From Mobula hypostoma (taxonomy: Eukaryota), in assembly GCF_963921235.1 (NCBI RefSeq), contig NC_086105.1:109988001-110052000 (forward strand): a DNA stretch of 64,000 bases. The letters run 5' to 3'. This document shows, piece by piece, positions 12,067-24,636 of the stretch. The position numbers and the translations under genes are program-made. Every line of letters starts with the position of its first letter. Within the stretch, counting starts at the first letter, position 1. The notes beneath the pieces are model-generated. The model saw only the letters and a program-made list of their open reading frames with translations, did no database searches and was not told the origin of the DNA.

Positions 12067-13325
12067 CAGGTTGAGTACCCCTCATCCAAAGTTCCAAATT
12101 TCAAAAACCTCCGAAATCCAATTCTATTTTTTAAATGCTGACATGACGACACAAATGGAAAATTGCGCAAGGCACTGAGAAGGTTCCAAGGCAATGTGCA
12201 GGTGTCTGTGCATCACAGACAGTTCTAAGAAGTGACCTTACATACATAATAAACAGAAGTTAATGAAAAATAGAAAAACACTGCAGAAAATGAAAAATGA
12301 AGATCATGATCATGTGTTTAAAGAATGAATTCATCAGCATTGTTTGTTGTCAGAGTGAACACATGCTGATGTTGAAACAAGCAAAGATCTATCACGACAA
12401 ACTGAAAATTGAAAGTAATTGTGAATATTCAGCAGGCTAGTTACAGAAATGTAAGAAAAGCCATGGTATAAAATTTTTAAAAGATTGTAAAAAATTTAAA
12501 GATAATGTGTCTGTTGATAGGATTCAGCAGAGAAACTTATTGATAAGTTTGCGGAGATTGGTTCTTGATCCTCCAAAATATTCCACAAGGAATGGTGGAA
12601 GGTGGGCTTAAGAAGGAGATTTTTGAAGAAGAAAAGCTGCCTTAAATTTAAATGGGTTTGGTTGTGTGACTGTGGTAGGATGAAGATTATTCCATGCTTT
12701 AATTGTGCGGGGGGAAAAATGAATTGCTGTACACATCTGAGTTGGTAGTCAGTATTTCAAATTGAGTTGAGTGCCCTCGTCTGTTCCTAATAGGTTTGGG
12801 TTTGATGTGGGATTGGTAGTCTATGTCGAGCTGACCATTTAACATTTCGTAAAAACACGCGGTGTGCTTCACGTCTATCTTGGAGAGAGTTCCACTTCAA
12901 TGAATTTAAAGATCATTGCTGATGAAGAGCAAGTCTGCAATGCTGACTGTTTTTATATCTTACATAAAACCTCAAAAAAACTTAAAATAAAAATACATTG
13001 TACTGTAACTTTTTCATTATACATAGCATCGCAGGTGGAGACTGAAAGCCTGGTGTTGTCTGTTGTTGTTCATCAGCTAATTTAGGTATTCTCCCAATGT
13101 TGCTGTGCTGCTTTTGTTACCCTGCACACATTATATTCATGTTATGTAACTTTTTGAACTGTTAACTACATATATGTGATGAACAAGTGCAAGACAAAAG
13201 ATTACTTACAGGAGCACGTAAATTCTGAGTCAGAAATGATGGCGATCCCAAGTCATCTCATTATATATCCCAAAATCCAAAACACATCCAGCCCCAAGCA
13301 TTTTGGATAGCAGGTTCTCAACCCG
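12067..13325 (+). mobile_element. Tigger/pogo DNA transposon, deleted and degenerate
   Basis: TA|caggttgagtaccc ... ggttctcaacccg|TA; CENP-B-like remnant MLKQAKIYHDKLKIESNCEYSAG. Confidence 0.82.
12560..12905 (-). mobile_element. 3' end of a CR1/L2-group LINE ORF2 nested in Tigger
   Basis: Minus translation ...RNRRGHSTQF..DVYSNSFFPRTIKAWNNL. Confidence 0.7.
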
Positions 13326-14677
13326 TACTTACAAGAGCAGCTGATAATGTCTACACAATCAATTGACTCAACTAATCATCAAACAAGATACTTTGCAGTT
13401 TATCTATGTATTATAATGAGCCTCAAATTAAATTACTCAATGGATATTTTAATTTTCCTGATGGTTAATTTAACTTAGCTTAGCTGTTATACACTGCAGA
13501 TAGATAGAGGTATTTAGAAAGTCAAACCCCATGCTCCCCATCTAAATGGGGGAAGTGGATGTCACAGGCTGGGAGGAGTGAAAGATGAGAGAGAAGCATA
13601 TTTCAGGATTTCAGGTTTGCATGTTTAAAATTTTGATCTAATCTGCACAACTCAGTTTTTTGCAAATGTGCTATACATTGTTTAAGTATCAAGTGCAAAA
13701 CAATGCAAGACCCTACTTCATGATTTTTCATTTCCTTTTGCATGGCCCACAGAAAATGGCAATCAAGCTTGCAGAAACAGCCCTATTTCACAATAGGTGA
13801 AATGGAATTTGCCTAAGAAGCCAGCATGTGCAAGAAATTGATTTAACAGGAGTCCCTAACCCAAGCAGAACCCCCGCCTATGTTAGTAGCACACAGCATC
13901 CTCACCCCACCACAACTCTCTTCCTCTGCACTGGTGGTTAACTACAATTATGGCACCTGCATACAGTAGCCAATCCACTCCATCTGCCATAGCTTGCTGA
14001 AGTTCTAAATGCTTCTCCAAGCAATGTATCCTCCCATCCAAATCTTAAGATTTGTTTTATTTGTCACATTACTGGCCCTTGTCACTCTCACAACCCTAGG
14101 CTTTTCTTCCTTGCATTAACACATACTCTGGTACCTCAAACCTGACTGTAATAAGCAGGCAAATCCTAAACAGTACAAGACTCAGTGTTCACTGTGCACA
14201 TTAGAATTAGATAGAAATTAACTCCTAACACAAAAAATGTTAACCTGCTACTCCATTTCAGTCAAATACATTTTTCTAGCTATGAATTCAAAGTAAATAC
14301 AAGCCATTTAGTTAAAAAATTCAACACATTAAGGGTTTTCCCTGTGACATTGCCAATTAACATCAAAGATTAATCAGTCACTAACCTAGTTTTTGCTTGT
14401 GGGCTTTGGCTAGCACAGCATGACTGTACTATTTTCCTACCGAATGATAGAATCTGGATTTCAAAAATAATTAAATGCAAGTTCTCTTAACATACTTCAG
14501 AATCCAAATCAGGGTTCTAATCACTGACACATGCCATGAACTTTGCCATGATGACTCAGAACACACACAGCTGTCATTTATTGTATCTTGATTGCTTTAA
14601 TAATGAATATCACATTCTTAACATGGTGTCCTTAAATGTATAAATATATTGTATATGGCTGGGCAGAAAAAAAATAC

Positions 14678-16150
14678 AACATAGACTAGCACAGCACAGT
14701 ACAGGCCCTATGGCCCATGATGCTATGTAGACTCTTTAACCTATTCCAAGATCAATTTACACATACACCTCCATTCTTCTTTAATCCATGTGCCTATCTA
14801 ATAGTTCCATAAATGTCCCTAACGTATCTGCTACTACCATGTACTTACCACTCTCTGTGTATATATCTACCTCTGATATCCCTGCTGTACTTTCGTACAA
14901 TCATCTTAAAAATATGCAACCTGGTATTAGCCATTTCTGCCCTGGGAAAAGTATGCTCTACCTTCTAAGACACGCTCTCTACTTCAGGAAGTAAAATCTC
15001 CTCAGCACCCTTTCTAGAGCTTCCATATCCTTCCTATAATGAAGTGACCAGAACTGAACATAATACTTCAAGTGTGATCTAACCAGTTTTATAGAGCTGC
15101 AACATTACCTTGTGGCTCTTGAACTCAATTCCTACCTAATGAAGGCCAACACACCATATGCCGTCCTGACCACCCTATGCACCTAATCTTGAGGGATCTA
15201 AGGATGTGGATCCCGATATTCTTCTGTTCCTCCACATTGTTAAGGATCCTACCATTCACCTTGTACTCTGCCTTCAAGTTTGACCATCCAAAGTGTATCA
15301 CTTTACTTTTCTGGATTAACTCCATCTGGCACTTTTTGGACACATCTAACAAATTCCACCCCTTCTAAACCTTTTGTATGATGGCGATGCCAATCAATAT
15401 TCCAGAAGTTGAAGTCACCCATGACAACTATTCTTATTTTTGCACCTTTTCAAAATGCCTCCAGATCTGTTCCTCAGTGTCTCTTTAGCAATGGTGGGGG
15501 GGTTCTAAAGAATATTCCTAATAGATTGCTCCCTTCATTTCTGACTTTCATCCACACTCAGTAGAAAATCGCTACCAGGCATCCTCCCTTCCTGCAGCTG
15601 TGATACTATCGCTAATTAGCTATGGCACTCCCCCACCTCCTTCTCCCCACCCCTGTCTATCAACTTTTCATTCCCCGAATGATCTGCAGGTCTACCAACT
15701 GTTACTCTAGTTCCCTGCTGTGATCTGTAAGAAGCTGTAGTCAGATGCACTTCTCACAAGTGTATTCATTGATCTCCCTGACTCCCTACATCATGCAAGA
15801 GGAGCACACCACTGTCCTGGGATCCATTCTCATTGCTCTGCAATGCAATAATAAAAGGAAGAAAGAGAAAAGCGAAACTTGATCAAAAACTCACTTTAGC
15901 CTCTGCCTCTCTCACTAAAGCATTAACTCCCCACTCTAACCCTGTCCACTCCCACAATGGCTGCTCTGTTTAAACCCAACTTCTTTTTATTGGCCCTTGC
16001 CAATTGCTTAATTACCCAATCAATTTACAACTAAACAGAAAGCCCCATCAGCCACCACTTTTTTAAAATCTCCTGCTTCTTATGACAGGTAACAGCTCCT
16101 GCTACCCAGAACTGAACAGAAAGTCTTGACAAGCACAATATTTTAAATCT
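14678..16150 (-). mobile_element. Internally deleted CR1 remnants
   Basis: SKVIHFGWSNLKAEYKVNGRIL..EEQKNIGIHI; CR1 3' end similar to 55035; APE and ORF1 Zn remnants at 15370-15800. Confidence 0.72.
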
Positions 16151-18254
16151 CTCAGTTACAGTGGTTCTTTTTTTTTCTTTTTATAATCACTATAGGGTGT
16201 TACACTGCTCCATATATAGCCAGTAAGATATGGTGAATGATTCTGTGCGCGGAAAGAGAAAATTGTTTAGAATACTTTTAATCCTGGATCAGATTTGAAC
16301 ATAGCTTGATAAGACATTATTACCATGATCTGAATAATATTGCTTTGAGAACCAAATCTTGTCAAATCATAATCTTGCTATTTAAGTAATATTACCATTT
16401 CATTTAGTGCTCTTAGAGCAGTTGCAGGATACTGCACGAGTTTTCATGAAGTTCTCAAGAAGTTTAGCCTAGTTTGATATTCCTTCTCAGTAAAGCCAAG
16501 CTGCCTCTACAATTTATGAGAGGTGCCATATGATTAGCACTGGTTCTCACTAACAATCCTCCCTAGATCTAGAAATTATAACATTAGACGTTAGTGATAG
16601 ATTTTTCTCAAAAATTGTGATTAGGTATTTCTGTTTATTAGATACTAGTCACGTGCACGAGGGAGTGCACTAAGCCTATATAGTTATGTCATATCGCATG
16701 CCCGTTTTGAGGTCACAGCTTCGATACCACTCTGCAAAACTCATAATTGGAAGGCCATGGAATCTTCAGCATCATTTAATGAAGGTTTTCATAATTTGAC
16801 TGCTGTCAAATGTTGGAGTATGCATTTTCTTGAAAATAAGCTCCTGTTTAAATTGGAGCACTGAGCAATCATACCCACCATACAAAAGCATTGGCTATCT
16901 ACCTGACAAAAACCAATTCTGCACAATCTTCTACCCCTCCACGTGAATTAACTCTACAACTGTTAAAAACACATATACCAGCCCACTGTTGATAATCTCT
17001 TCTCCTATGATCAACTTAACTCCTACTACCAACAAAGTGTTCCGACACTCACTTCCTCTCCACTATCTGAAATGATATGAGATGGCAGACAAAAGTCTGG
17101 TGAGCGAGTTGATTCACCTATTCTTCGTGGAAATTTCTCACAAAATTAGCATGGACTCTATTGTTCCTCACCCTGCAGCAAGATGAATTTTATTGACTTA
17201 GAATTTCTATTGACACACTTCAAATGTTTTCCCAAGTTCAAAAAGTGGCCTCAGTAAAACTCTCCTGCTGTTGAACACAATTCCTATTCAAAGTAAACTT
17301 ACAACTTTTTTCATTGATAATTATGATATTGATGCCAAAAATTGCATTGGATACACACTAAGAAGGTGTAAACTAGTTTAATGAGGAGAAATTTTATAAT
17401 GGCCAAAATGTGCAAGTTTCATAAACAATATATTATTCAAAGTAAATAGTATACAAATATCTAATGCACAAAAATTTTACTGCTCAAAATTTTCCCTCCC
17501 ATAATATGCATGATTTTTTTAAAATCAAAGAATGGGAGATTGTCTCAAAAATAATTTCCAAACATTTTGCAAAAGAAACCCACATCTGTCCAGTGGGCAG
17601 TTAAATTAAAAAAATGAAACACTGGCTATTACTTTGAATACAATAAAATGATTTTGACAATCCTCAGATGTTTTTAAGCCAGTTCTTGCAATGAGTTCCA
17701 GAAGGCTCTGCGCAGTGAATGCTCAACTTGAAGTTTTGACATTGTCTGTTCAACACATTGAAAGCTACTGAACTAAATGCTGGTAATTGCTGAGTACTTG
17801 CTAACAATACTGCAGTTATTTCTATCACTTTATGATTGCATTTCATTAAAGTCTCAAAACATCCAACTAGAATTTATTTAGTTTCTAAAATAAATCTTTC
17901 ATAGGATTTGAATAATGCAGGTAAGGCATGCATATGCTATCCTTAATTGCCTTTGTCTTTGTATTCATTTTGCTTCTGTTAATGATTGACACAACTGAAT
18001 ATCCTGCCTGGCCACTTCCTGAGCAGTTAATTATCAGCTGCATTCTGTGGATGATACCAGAAGAAATCTAGTCCAAATCTTCTTGCATGAAAAGAAATAG
18101 TTGAGCCAGATGGGATTTTACAACCATTCCATAGATTCAAGTCATGATACTGATTATAGCTTTTAATTCAAAATTTAACTAAATGTGAGCTGGAGTTTGA
18201 ACTTGTATTTCTGAATTATGTCCAAGCATCTGGATTACCAGTAAAGTATCAAAG

Positions 18255-18615
18255 TACAAATCAGGAAGTCACATAGTCCTTCAAGCCTACACTGCCATTT
18301 AAAAAGATCAGATTGTAACCACAACTCCTGGCACTAGTGCTAACCTTGTCTATCAAAGACCTTTCTATATTCTTTTGCCTTAAAAATACTCAAATTACTC
18401 GGCTTCCACTGCCCTAGAGTTTGAAAGACTTATAAACCTCAGAGAAAGAAAATGTCTCATCTCTGTCTGAAACGGGTGACCTTTCATTGTTAAACTGTGT
18501 CTCTTAATTCTAGATTTTCCCATAGGATGAAACATCTATTTCACATTCACCCTGTAAAGACCCCTCAGAGTCTTTTATGTTTTGAACAAGCTGGCCCTCA
18601 TTCTTCTAAACTCCA
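18255..18615 (-). mobile_element. Old CR1 3' fragment
   Basis: Similar to the CR1 3' end at 30160-30560. Confidence 0.6.
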
Positions 18616-19049
18616 AAATTATTGAAGCAAATCTTTCTCTTCTATCTGCCAGCTGTTAAGCGCAAGATATCAGTCAGTAGAAAAAAAGGAAGAAAAAGGG
18701 AGGAAAAAAACGAATTAAATTGTTAGATAAAATGCATTTTATAGTTTTAAGGTTTGTTTTTAACATTTTATTTTGATCATATTTTAATCATTGTAATTTC
18801 TCTAATAGTATCTTTGTATTTCAATAGTGTGAGTGCTTTTGAATGTCTGTGAATTTCCATGACATTTATATGCATTCAATTTAAACAAAAGTTTTGACGG
18901 TCAGTGAACCTGGATGCAGAACCTCGCCAACTGTCAAGACAATTTTGGGATAATAGCCAGCCACTTATAGTCAGCTGGTATCTGGCTTTCAGTAAGAAGA
19001 CTGTGCTTTGATTCACACTGGAAGCAATAACAACCAATGAATTTGCTCT

Positions 19050-19745
19050 CAAGGAAACTTCAGCTCATGCTCTCAGTATTGTTTATTTGCTTTTTTTTAT
19101 ATATTTGCAGTTTGCCTTCTTCTACACATCGGTTGTTTGTCAGTCTTTGTGCGTAATTTGTCATTGATTCAGAATCAGAATCAGGTTTATTATCACCGGC
19201 ATGTGACATGAAATTTGTTAACTTAGCAGCAGCAGTTCAATGCAATACATAATCTAGCAGAGAGAGAAAAAAAAACAATTAATAAAATAAAACATAATAA
19301 ATAAACAAGTAAATCAATTACTTATATTCAGTAGATTTTTTAAAATGTGCAAAACAGAAATGCTGTATATTAAGAAAAAGTGAGGTAGTGTCCAAAGCTT
19401 CAATGTCCATTTAGGAATCGGATGGCAGAGAGGAAGAAGCTGTTCTTGAATTGCTGAGTGTGTTGCCTTCAAGCTTCTGTATCTCCTACCTGATGGTAAC
19501 AGTGAGAAAAGGGCATGCCCTGGGTGCTGGAGATCCTTAATAATGGGCGCTGCCTTTCTGAGACACCGCTCCCTGAAGATGTCCTGGGTACTTTGTAGGC
19601 TAGTGCCCAAGATGGAGCTGACTAGACTTACAACCCTCTGCAGCTTCTTTTTTGTTATACTGTGAATGCTTGCAAGAAAATGAATCCCAGGGTAGTATAT
19701 AGTGACATATACATACTTTGATAATAAATTTACTTCGAAATTTGA
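19050..19745. mobile_element. Rex/Babar 3' end (+) with a nested opposite-strand Rex 3' fragment (~19170-19648)
   Basis: RCLRKAAPIIKDLQHPGHALFSLLPSGRRYRSL on minus; cagaatcagaatc tail; flanks match the 3' UTR at 46830-47080. Confidence 0.75.
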
Positions 19746-20732
19746 AGTGTCTTACCATAAACACACACAAAAAGCTTTATCTCTATAATAGGCTTATTTT
19801 TGGAGTAGCATCTGTCACTGCACTCTGGCAGAAAGCTATGGACTAAATGCTACAAGGCTGTCCAGGCACTCAGTGTTACCTAGATGACATCAATGTTACT
19901 TAAATAACAAGATAATACTGTGCCTGATAGACCAGTTGTGGTCACTAATATTCCTTGTAAATGAAGCATACTTTCCCTAATATTGTATTCAGTTTTTCCT
20001 GGCAAGTAATTTTAATAATTAGTTGGTCCTCTTGCTTATGTGCAGTCAAATCTTAGAAGTATCCTATCTCTATGACCTCCTTTTTGGAGCTGGGGAGAAA
20101 TAATCAGGAGAGTAACTGCTGACATTTGGAATTTGCTGGGGAGAAGAACTGGGGATAACTGGGGATGGGTAGAGTGTGGTCAAGAGTAGGTCAGAGGGTG
20201 TGGTTTAGGGGAGATGACTGATGAATAAAATCATAGAAATTAGCATTTGAGCAGTAAAGAGGAGATTGGCGAGTGCTATGATGAATTGGTGAGTGACTAT
20301 TGAGAAGATTGGGCGAAGATGGTCAGGTGATTAATAAGTAGGGACAAAGAAGGGCATCAATGATTAGTTCAGAGGGTAAAATAAATCAAGAATACCACAG
20401 AGAAATTCATGGAAGAGAATAGAGGAGATGATCACTGGGGTGGAGATAGGTCTATACCTATGGGAGGATGTCAGTAGAGTTGAGGAAGCTAGCAGAAAAC
20501 AGAAACTTCCTTTAGAAATTTCAATTCAACCTTGAAACATCCTGGCTGCTAGATTACTTGGCTGTGCCCAGGTATAGTGGGTAAGAAATTACTCTTCACT
20601 TACTGACCTTGGGTGGCAAAGCAGTGGAATTTGCTTTTCTATCTTGGTCTCAAAATATTTAAAAAGTGAGCTTACATTCAATATATATCCGGTGGTTGTA
20701 GATCTGAGCTTTGCTTCCATAGATACTCAGTT

Positions 20733-22881
20733 CCAAACAAGAGAAAATATGCAGATGCTAGAAATCCAAGCAACACACACAAAATGCTGGAGGAACTCAG
20801 AAGGCCAGGCAGTATCTGGCAGGCACTCTGTGAGCCACATGGAGAGGATATTGATGGGCTCACAGAGTGCATCACTGATTACATCAACTTCTGTGTGGAC
20901 TGCAATGTTCCAACAGAACTGTCCTTTGTTATTCAAATAACAAGCCATGGGTAACAAAGGACATTAAGGACATCCTGAACACTAAAAAGAGGGTGTTTAG
21001 AGATAGAAATAGGGAGGAGCTCAGGGCAATACAGAGGGACCTGAAAGCCAGGATCAGGAAGGCTAAAGACAGGTATAGGAGGAAGCTTGAGTAGAAACTC
21101 CAGCAGAACAACATGAGAGAGGTCTGGAGTGGGATGAGGACCATCACTGGGTTCCGGCAAACTAGCAACAGAGGAGCTGAAGGCAGTGAGGACAGGGCCA
21201 ACGAATTTAACCTGTTCTTTAACAGATTTGACATTGTGGCCCCTGCCCATCCCCCAAATGAGTCATCTATTGTCAGCCCCCAACCAACACATATTCCACT
21301 CTCCCCTCCTACCCATCCTCACAGTCCCCCACCCTGCTCTCATGACTCCCCTTCCCCACACGAAACCACCACGGTGGGCTTCACAGCTGAACAGGTGAGA
21401 AGACAGCTGAAACGTCTCAACCCAAGCAAGGCTGCAGGACCGAATGGTGTCAGTACCAGGGTGCTCAAAGCCTGTGCCCCTCAGCTATGTGGAGTACTTC
21501 ACCATGTATTCAACCTGAGCCTGAGGCTCCAGAGGCTTCCTGTGTTGTGGAAGACGTCCTGCCTCGTCCCTGGGCCGAAGACACCGCACTCCAGCGGCCT
21601 CAATGACTACAGACCGGTGGCATTGACCTCCCACATCATGAAGACCCTGGAGAGACTTGTTCTAGAGCTGCTCCGGCCTATGGTTAGGCCACACTTAGAT
21701 CCCCTCCAGTTCACCTACCAGCCCCGACTAGGAGTTGAGGATGCCATTGTCTACCTGCTGAACCATGTCTACGCCCACCTGGACAAGCCAGCGAGCACTG
21801 TGAGGGTCATGTTTTTTGACTTTTCCAGTGCATTCAACACCATCCGCCCTGCTCTGCTGGGGGAGAAGCTGACAGCGATGCAGGTGGATGCTTTCCTGGT
21901 GTCATGGATTCTTGATTACCTGACTGGCAGACCACAGTACGTATGCTTGCAACACTGTGTCCGACAGAGTGATCAGTAGCACTGGGGCTCCACAGGGGAC
22001 TGTCTTGTCTCCCTTTCCCTTCACCATTTACACCTTGGACTTCAACTACTGCACAGAGTCTGGTCATCTTCAGAAGTTTTCTGATGACTCTGCCATAGTT
22101 GGATGCATCAGCAAGGGAGATGAGGCTGAGTACACGGCTACGGAAGGAAACTTTGTCACATGGTGTGAGCAGAATTATCTGCAGCTTAATGTGAAAAAGA
22201 CTAAGGAGCTGGTGGTAGACCTGAGGAGAGCAGACACCAACAGAATCAACAAACTCATTCGTAAGGCCAGTGATGTTGTGGTGATGGAACTGGACTCTCT
22301 GACGGTGGTGTCTGAAAAGACGATGCTGTCCAAGTTGCATGCCATCTTGGACAATGTCTCCCATCCACTACATAATGTACTGGGTGGGCACAGGAGTACA
22401 TTCAGCCGGAGACTCATTCCAGGGAGATGCAACACTGAGAGTCATAGGAAGTCATTCCTGCCTGTGGCCATCAAACTTCACAACACCTCCCTTGGAGGGT
22501 CAGACACCCTGAGCCAATAGGCTGGTCCTGGACTTATTTCCTGGCATAATTTACATATTACTATTTAATTATTTATGGTTTTATTACTATTTAATTATTT
22601 ATGGTGCAACTGTAACGAAAACCAATTTCCCCCGGGATCAATAAAGTATGACTATGAATATGACTATGACTATCTATGGAAAAGAGTACAATCAACGTTT
22701 CGGGCCGAGACCCTTCAGCAGGACTGGAAAAAGAAAGATGAGAGTTAAAAGGTGGAAGGAGGGGGAGGATAAAACACAAGGTTGTGTTTCTCCCTCCCCT
22801 TCCTCCATCTTAACTCTACTTATCTTTCTTCAGTCCCACTGAAAGGTCTTGGCCCAAAACATCAACAGTACTCCTTTCCGC
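20733..22881 (-). mobile_element. Penelope pLTR-derived inverted element interrupted by a Rex insertion
   Basis: 12-bp TSD agatactcagtt (20721-32, 22882-93); pLTR sequence stops at 20817 and resumes at 22671. Confidence 0.8.
20818..22670 (+). mobile_element. Rex1/Babar LINE, 5'-truncated, relatively young
   Basis: KAAGPNG, LNDYRPVALTSHIMKTLERL, FFDFSSAFNTI, GAPQGTVLSPF, QKFSDDS; tail ggatcaataaag(tatgac)n; tatct at both junctions. Confidence 0.92.
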
Positions 22882-22978
22882 AGATACTCAGTTAATTGGA
22901 TGTATGGCAATAGCAATGAACCTCAAAATCATCCCCATGTCACAGAACGCTTTATTTCTCAGGACAACTGGATACATG

Positions 22979-24567
22979 CAGTGCCTATAAAAATATTCAG
23001 CTCCCCAGAAGTTTTCATGTTTTATTGTTTTACTACATTGAATCATAGTGGATTTAATTTGGCTTTTTTGACACTTATCAACAGAAAAAGACTTGTGTCA
23101 AGGTAAAATCAGATCTCTACAAAGTGATCTAAATTAATTAGATATAAAACACAAAATAATTGATTGCAAAGTATTCACCCCTTCTGGTTAGTATTTAGTA
23201 GATGCACCTTTGACAGCAATTACAGCTTTGAGTCTGTGTGGATAGGTCTCTATCAGCTTTGCACATCTGAACACTGCAATTTTCCCCCATCCTTCTTTAC
23301 AAAACATCTCATGCTCTGTCAGATTGCATGGGGATCATGAGTGAACAGCCCTTTTCAAGTCCAGCCACAAATTCTCAATTGGATTGAGGTCTGGACTCTG
23401 ACTTGACCACTCCAGGACATTAACTTTGTTGTTTTTAAGCCATTACTGTGCAGCTTTGGCTATACGCTTGGGGTCATTGTCTTGCTGGAAAACAAATCTT
23501 CTCCCAAGTCACAGTTCTCCTACAGACCACATCAGGTTTTCTTCCAGGATTTTCCTTTATTTTGCAGCATTCATTTTACCCTCTACCTTCACAAGCCTTC
23601 CAGGGCCTGCTGCAGTGAAGCATCCCCACAGCATGATGCAGCTACCACTATGCTTCATGGTAGGGATGGTGAGTTTTTGATGATGTGCAGTGTTTGGCTT
23701 ACTCCAAACATAGCATTTAGTCTGGTGGCCAAAAAGCTCAATTTTGGTTTCTTCAGACCATAGAACCTTCTTCCAGCTGACTTGAATCTCCCACATGCCT
23801 TCTGGCAAATTCTAGCCAATGTTTCAGGTGAGTTTTTTCAACAGTGGCTTTCTCTTTGCCATTCTCCATAAAGCTGTGACCTGTGAAGCACCCAGGCAAC
23901 AATTGGTGTCGCGCAGTCTCTCCCATCTCAGGCACTGAAGCTTGTAACTCCTCCAGAGTTGTCATAGGTCTTCCTCACTAGTTCCCTTCTTACTCAGTTT
24001 TTGAGGACAGCCTGCTTTATGCAGATTTACATCAGTGCCATATTCTTTCTATTTCTTGATGATTGACATAACGGTACTCCAAGGGAAATTCAGTGACTTG
24101 GAAATTTTCCTGTATCTATCTCCTGACTTGTGCTTTTCAATAACCTTTTCAAAGCTGCTTGGAGTGTTTTTGTGTTTTCATGTTGTAGTTTTGGCCAGGA
24201 TACTGCCTCACCAGCAGTTGGGTTGTCTAGGTACAGGTGTTTTACTACATTCAGTTGAAACACCTTGACTGCACACAGGTGATCTCCATTTAATTATGTG
24301 ACCTCTAAAGCCAATTGGCTGCACCAGTGATGATTTGATGTATCATATTAAAAGGGAGGGAGTAAATACTTATGCAATCAATTATTTGGTATTTTATATT
24401 TGTAATTAATGTTGATCACCTTTGTAGAGATCTGTTTTCACAAATGAAATGAAAGTCTTTGTCAAAAAAAACCCAAATTAAATCCACTGTGATTCAATGT
24501 TATAAAATAATAAAATATAATTTCTGGGGCAGGGGAAGGGATGGGTGAATACTTTTTATTGGCATTG
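22979..24567 (-). mobile_element. Tc1-like transposon (IR/DR type), near full length, degenerate transposase
   Basis: ~200-bp TIRs cagtgcctataaaaatattca / tgaatactttttattggcattg|TA; VLWSEETKIELFG, PTMKHSGSCIMLWGCF. Confidence 0.9.
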
Positions 24568-24636
24568 TATTATTTGTTCCAAGGCTGTGATATACTTGTT
24601 GCTGAGTTGTCCTGGAGTAACACAAACTGGTCATTG

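Noticed and set aside
22647-22675. (tatgac)n as an independent array or CRISPR-like repeat
   Set aside because: It is the microsatellite tail of the Rex element and has no spacers.
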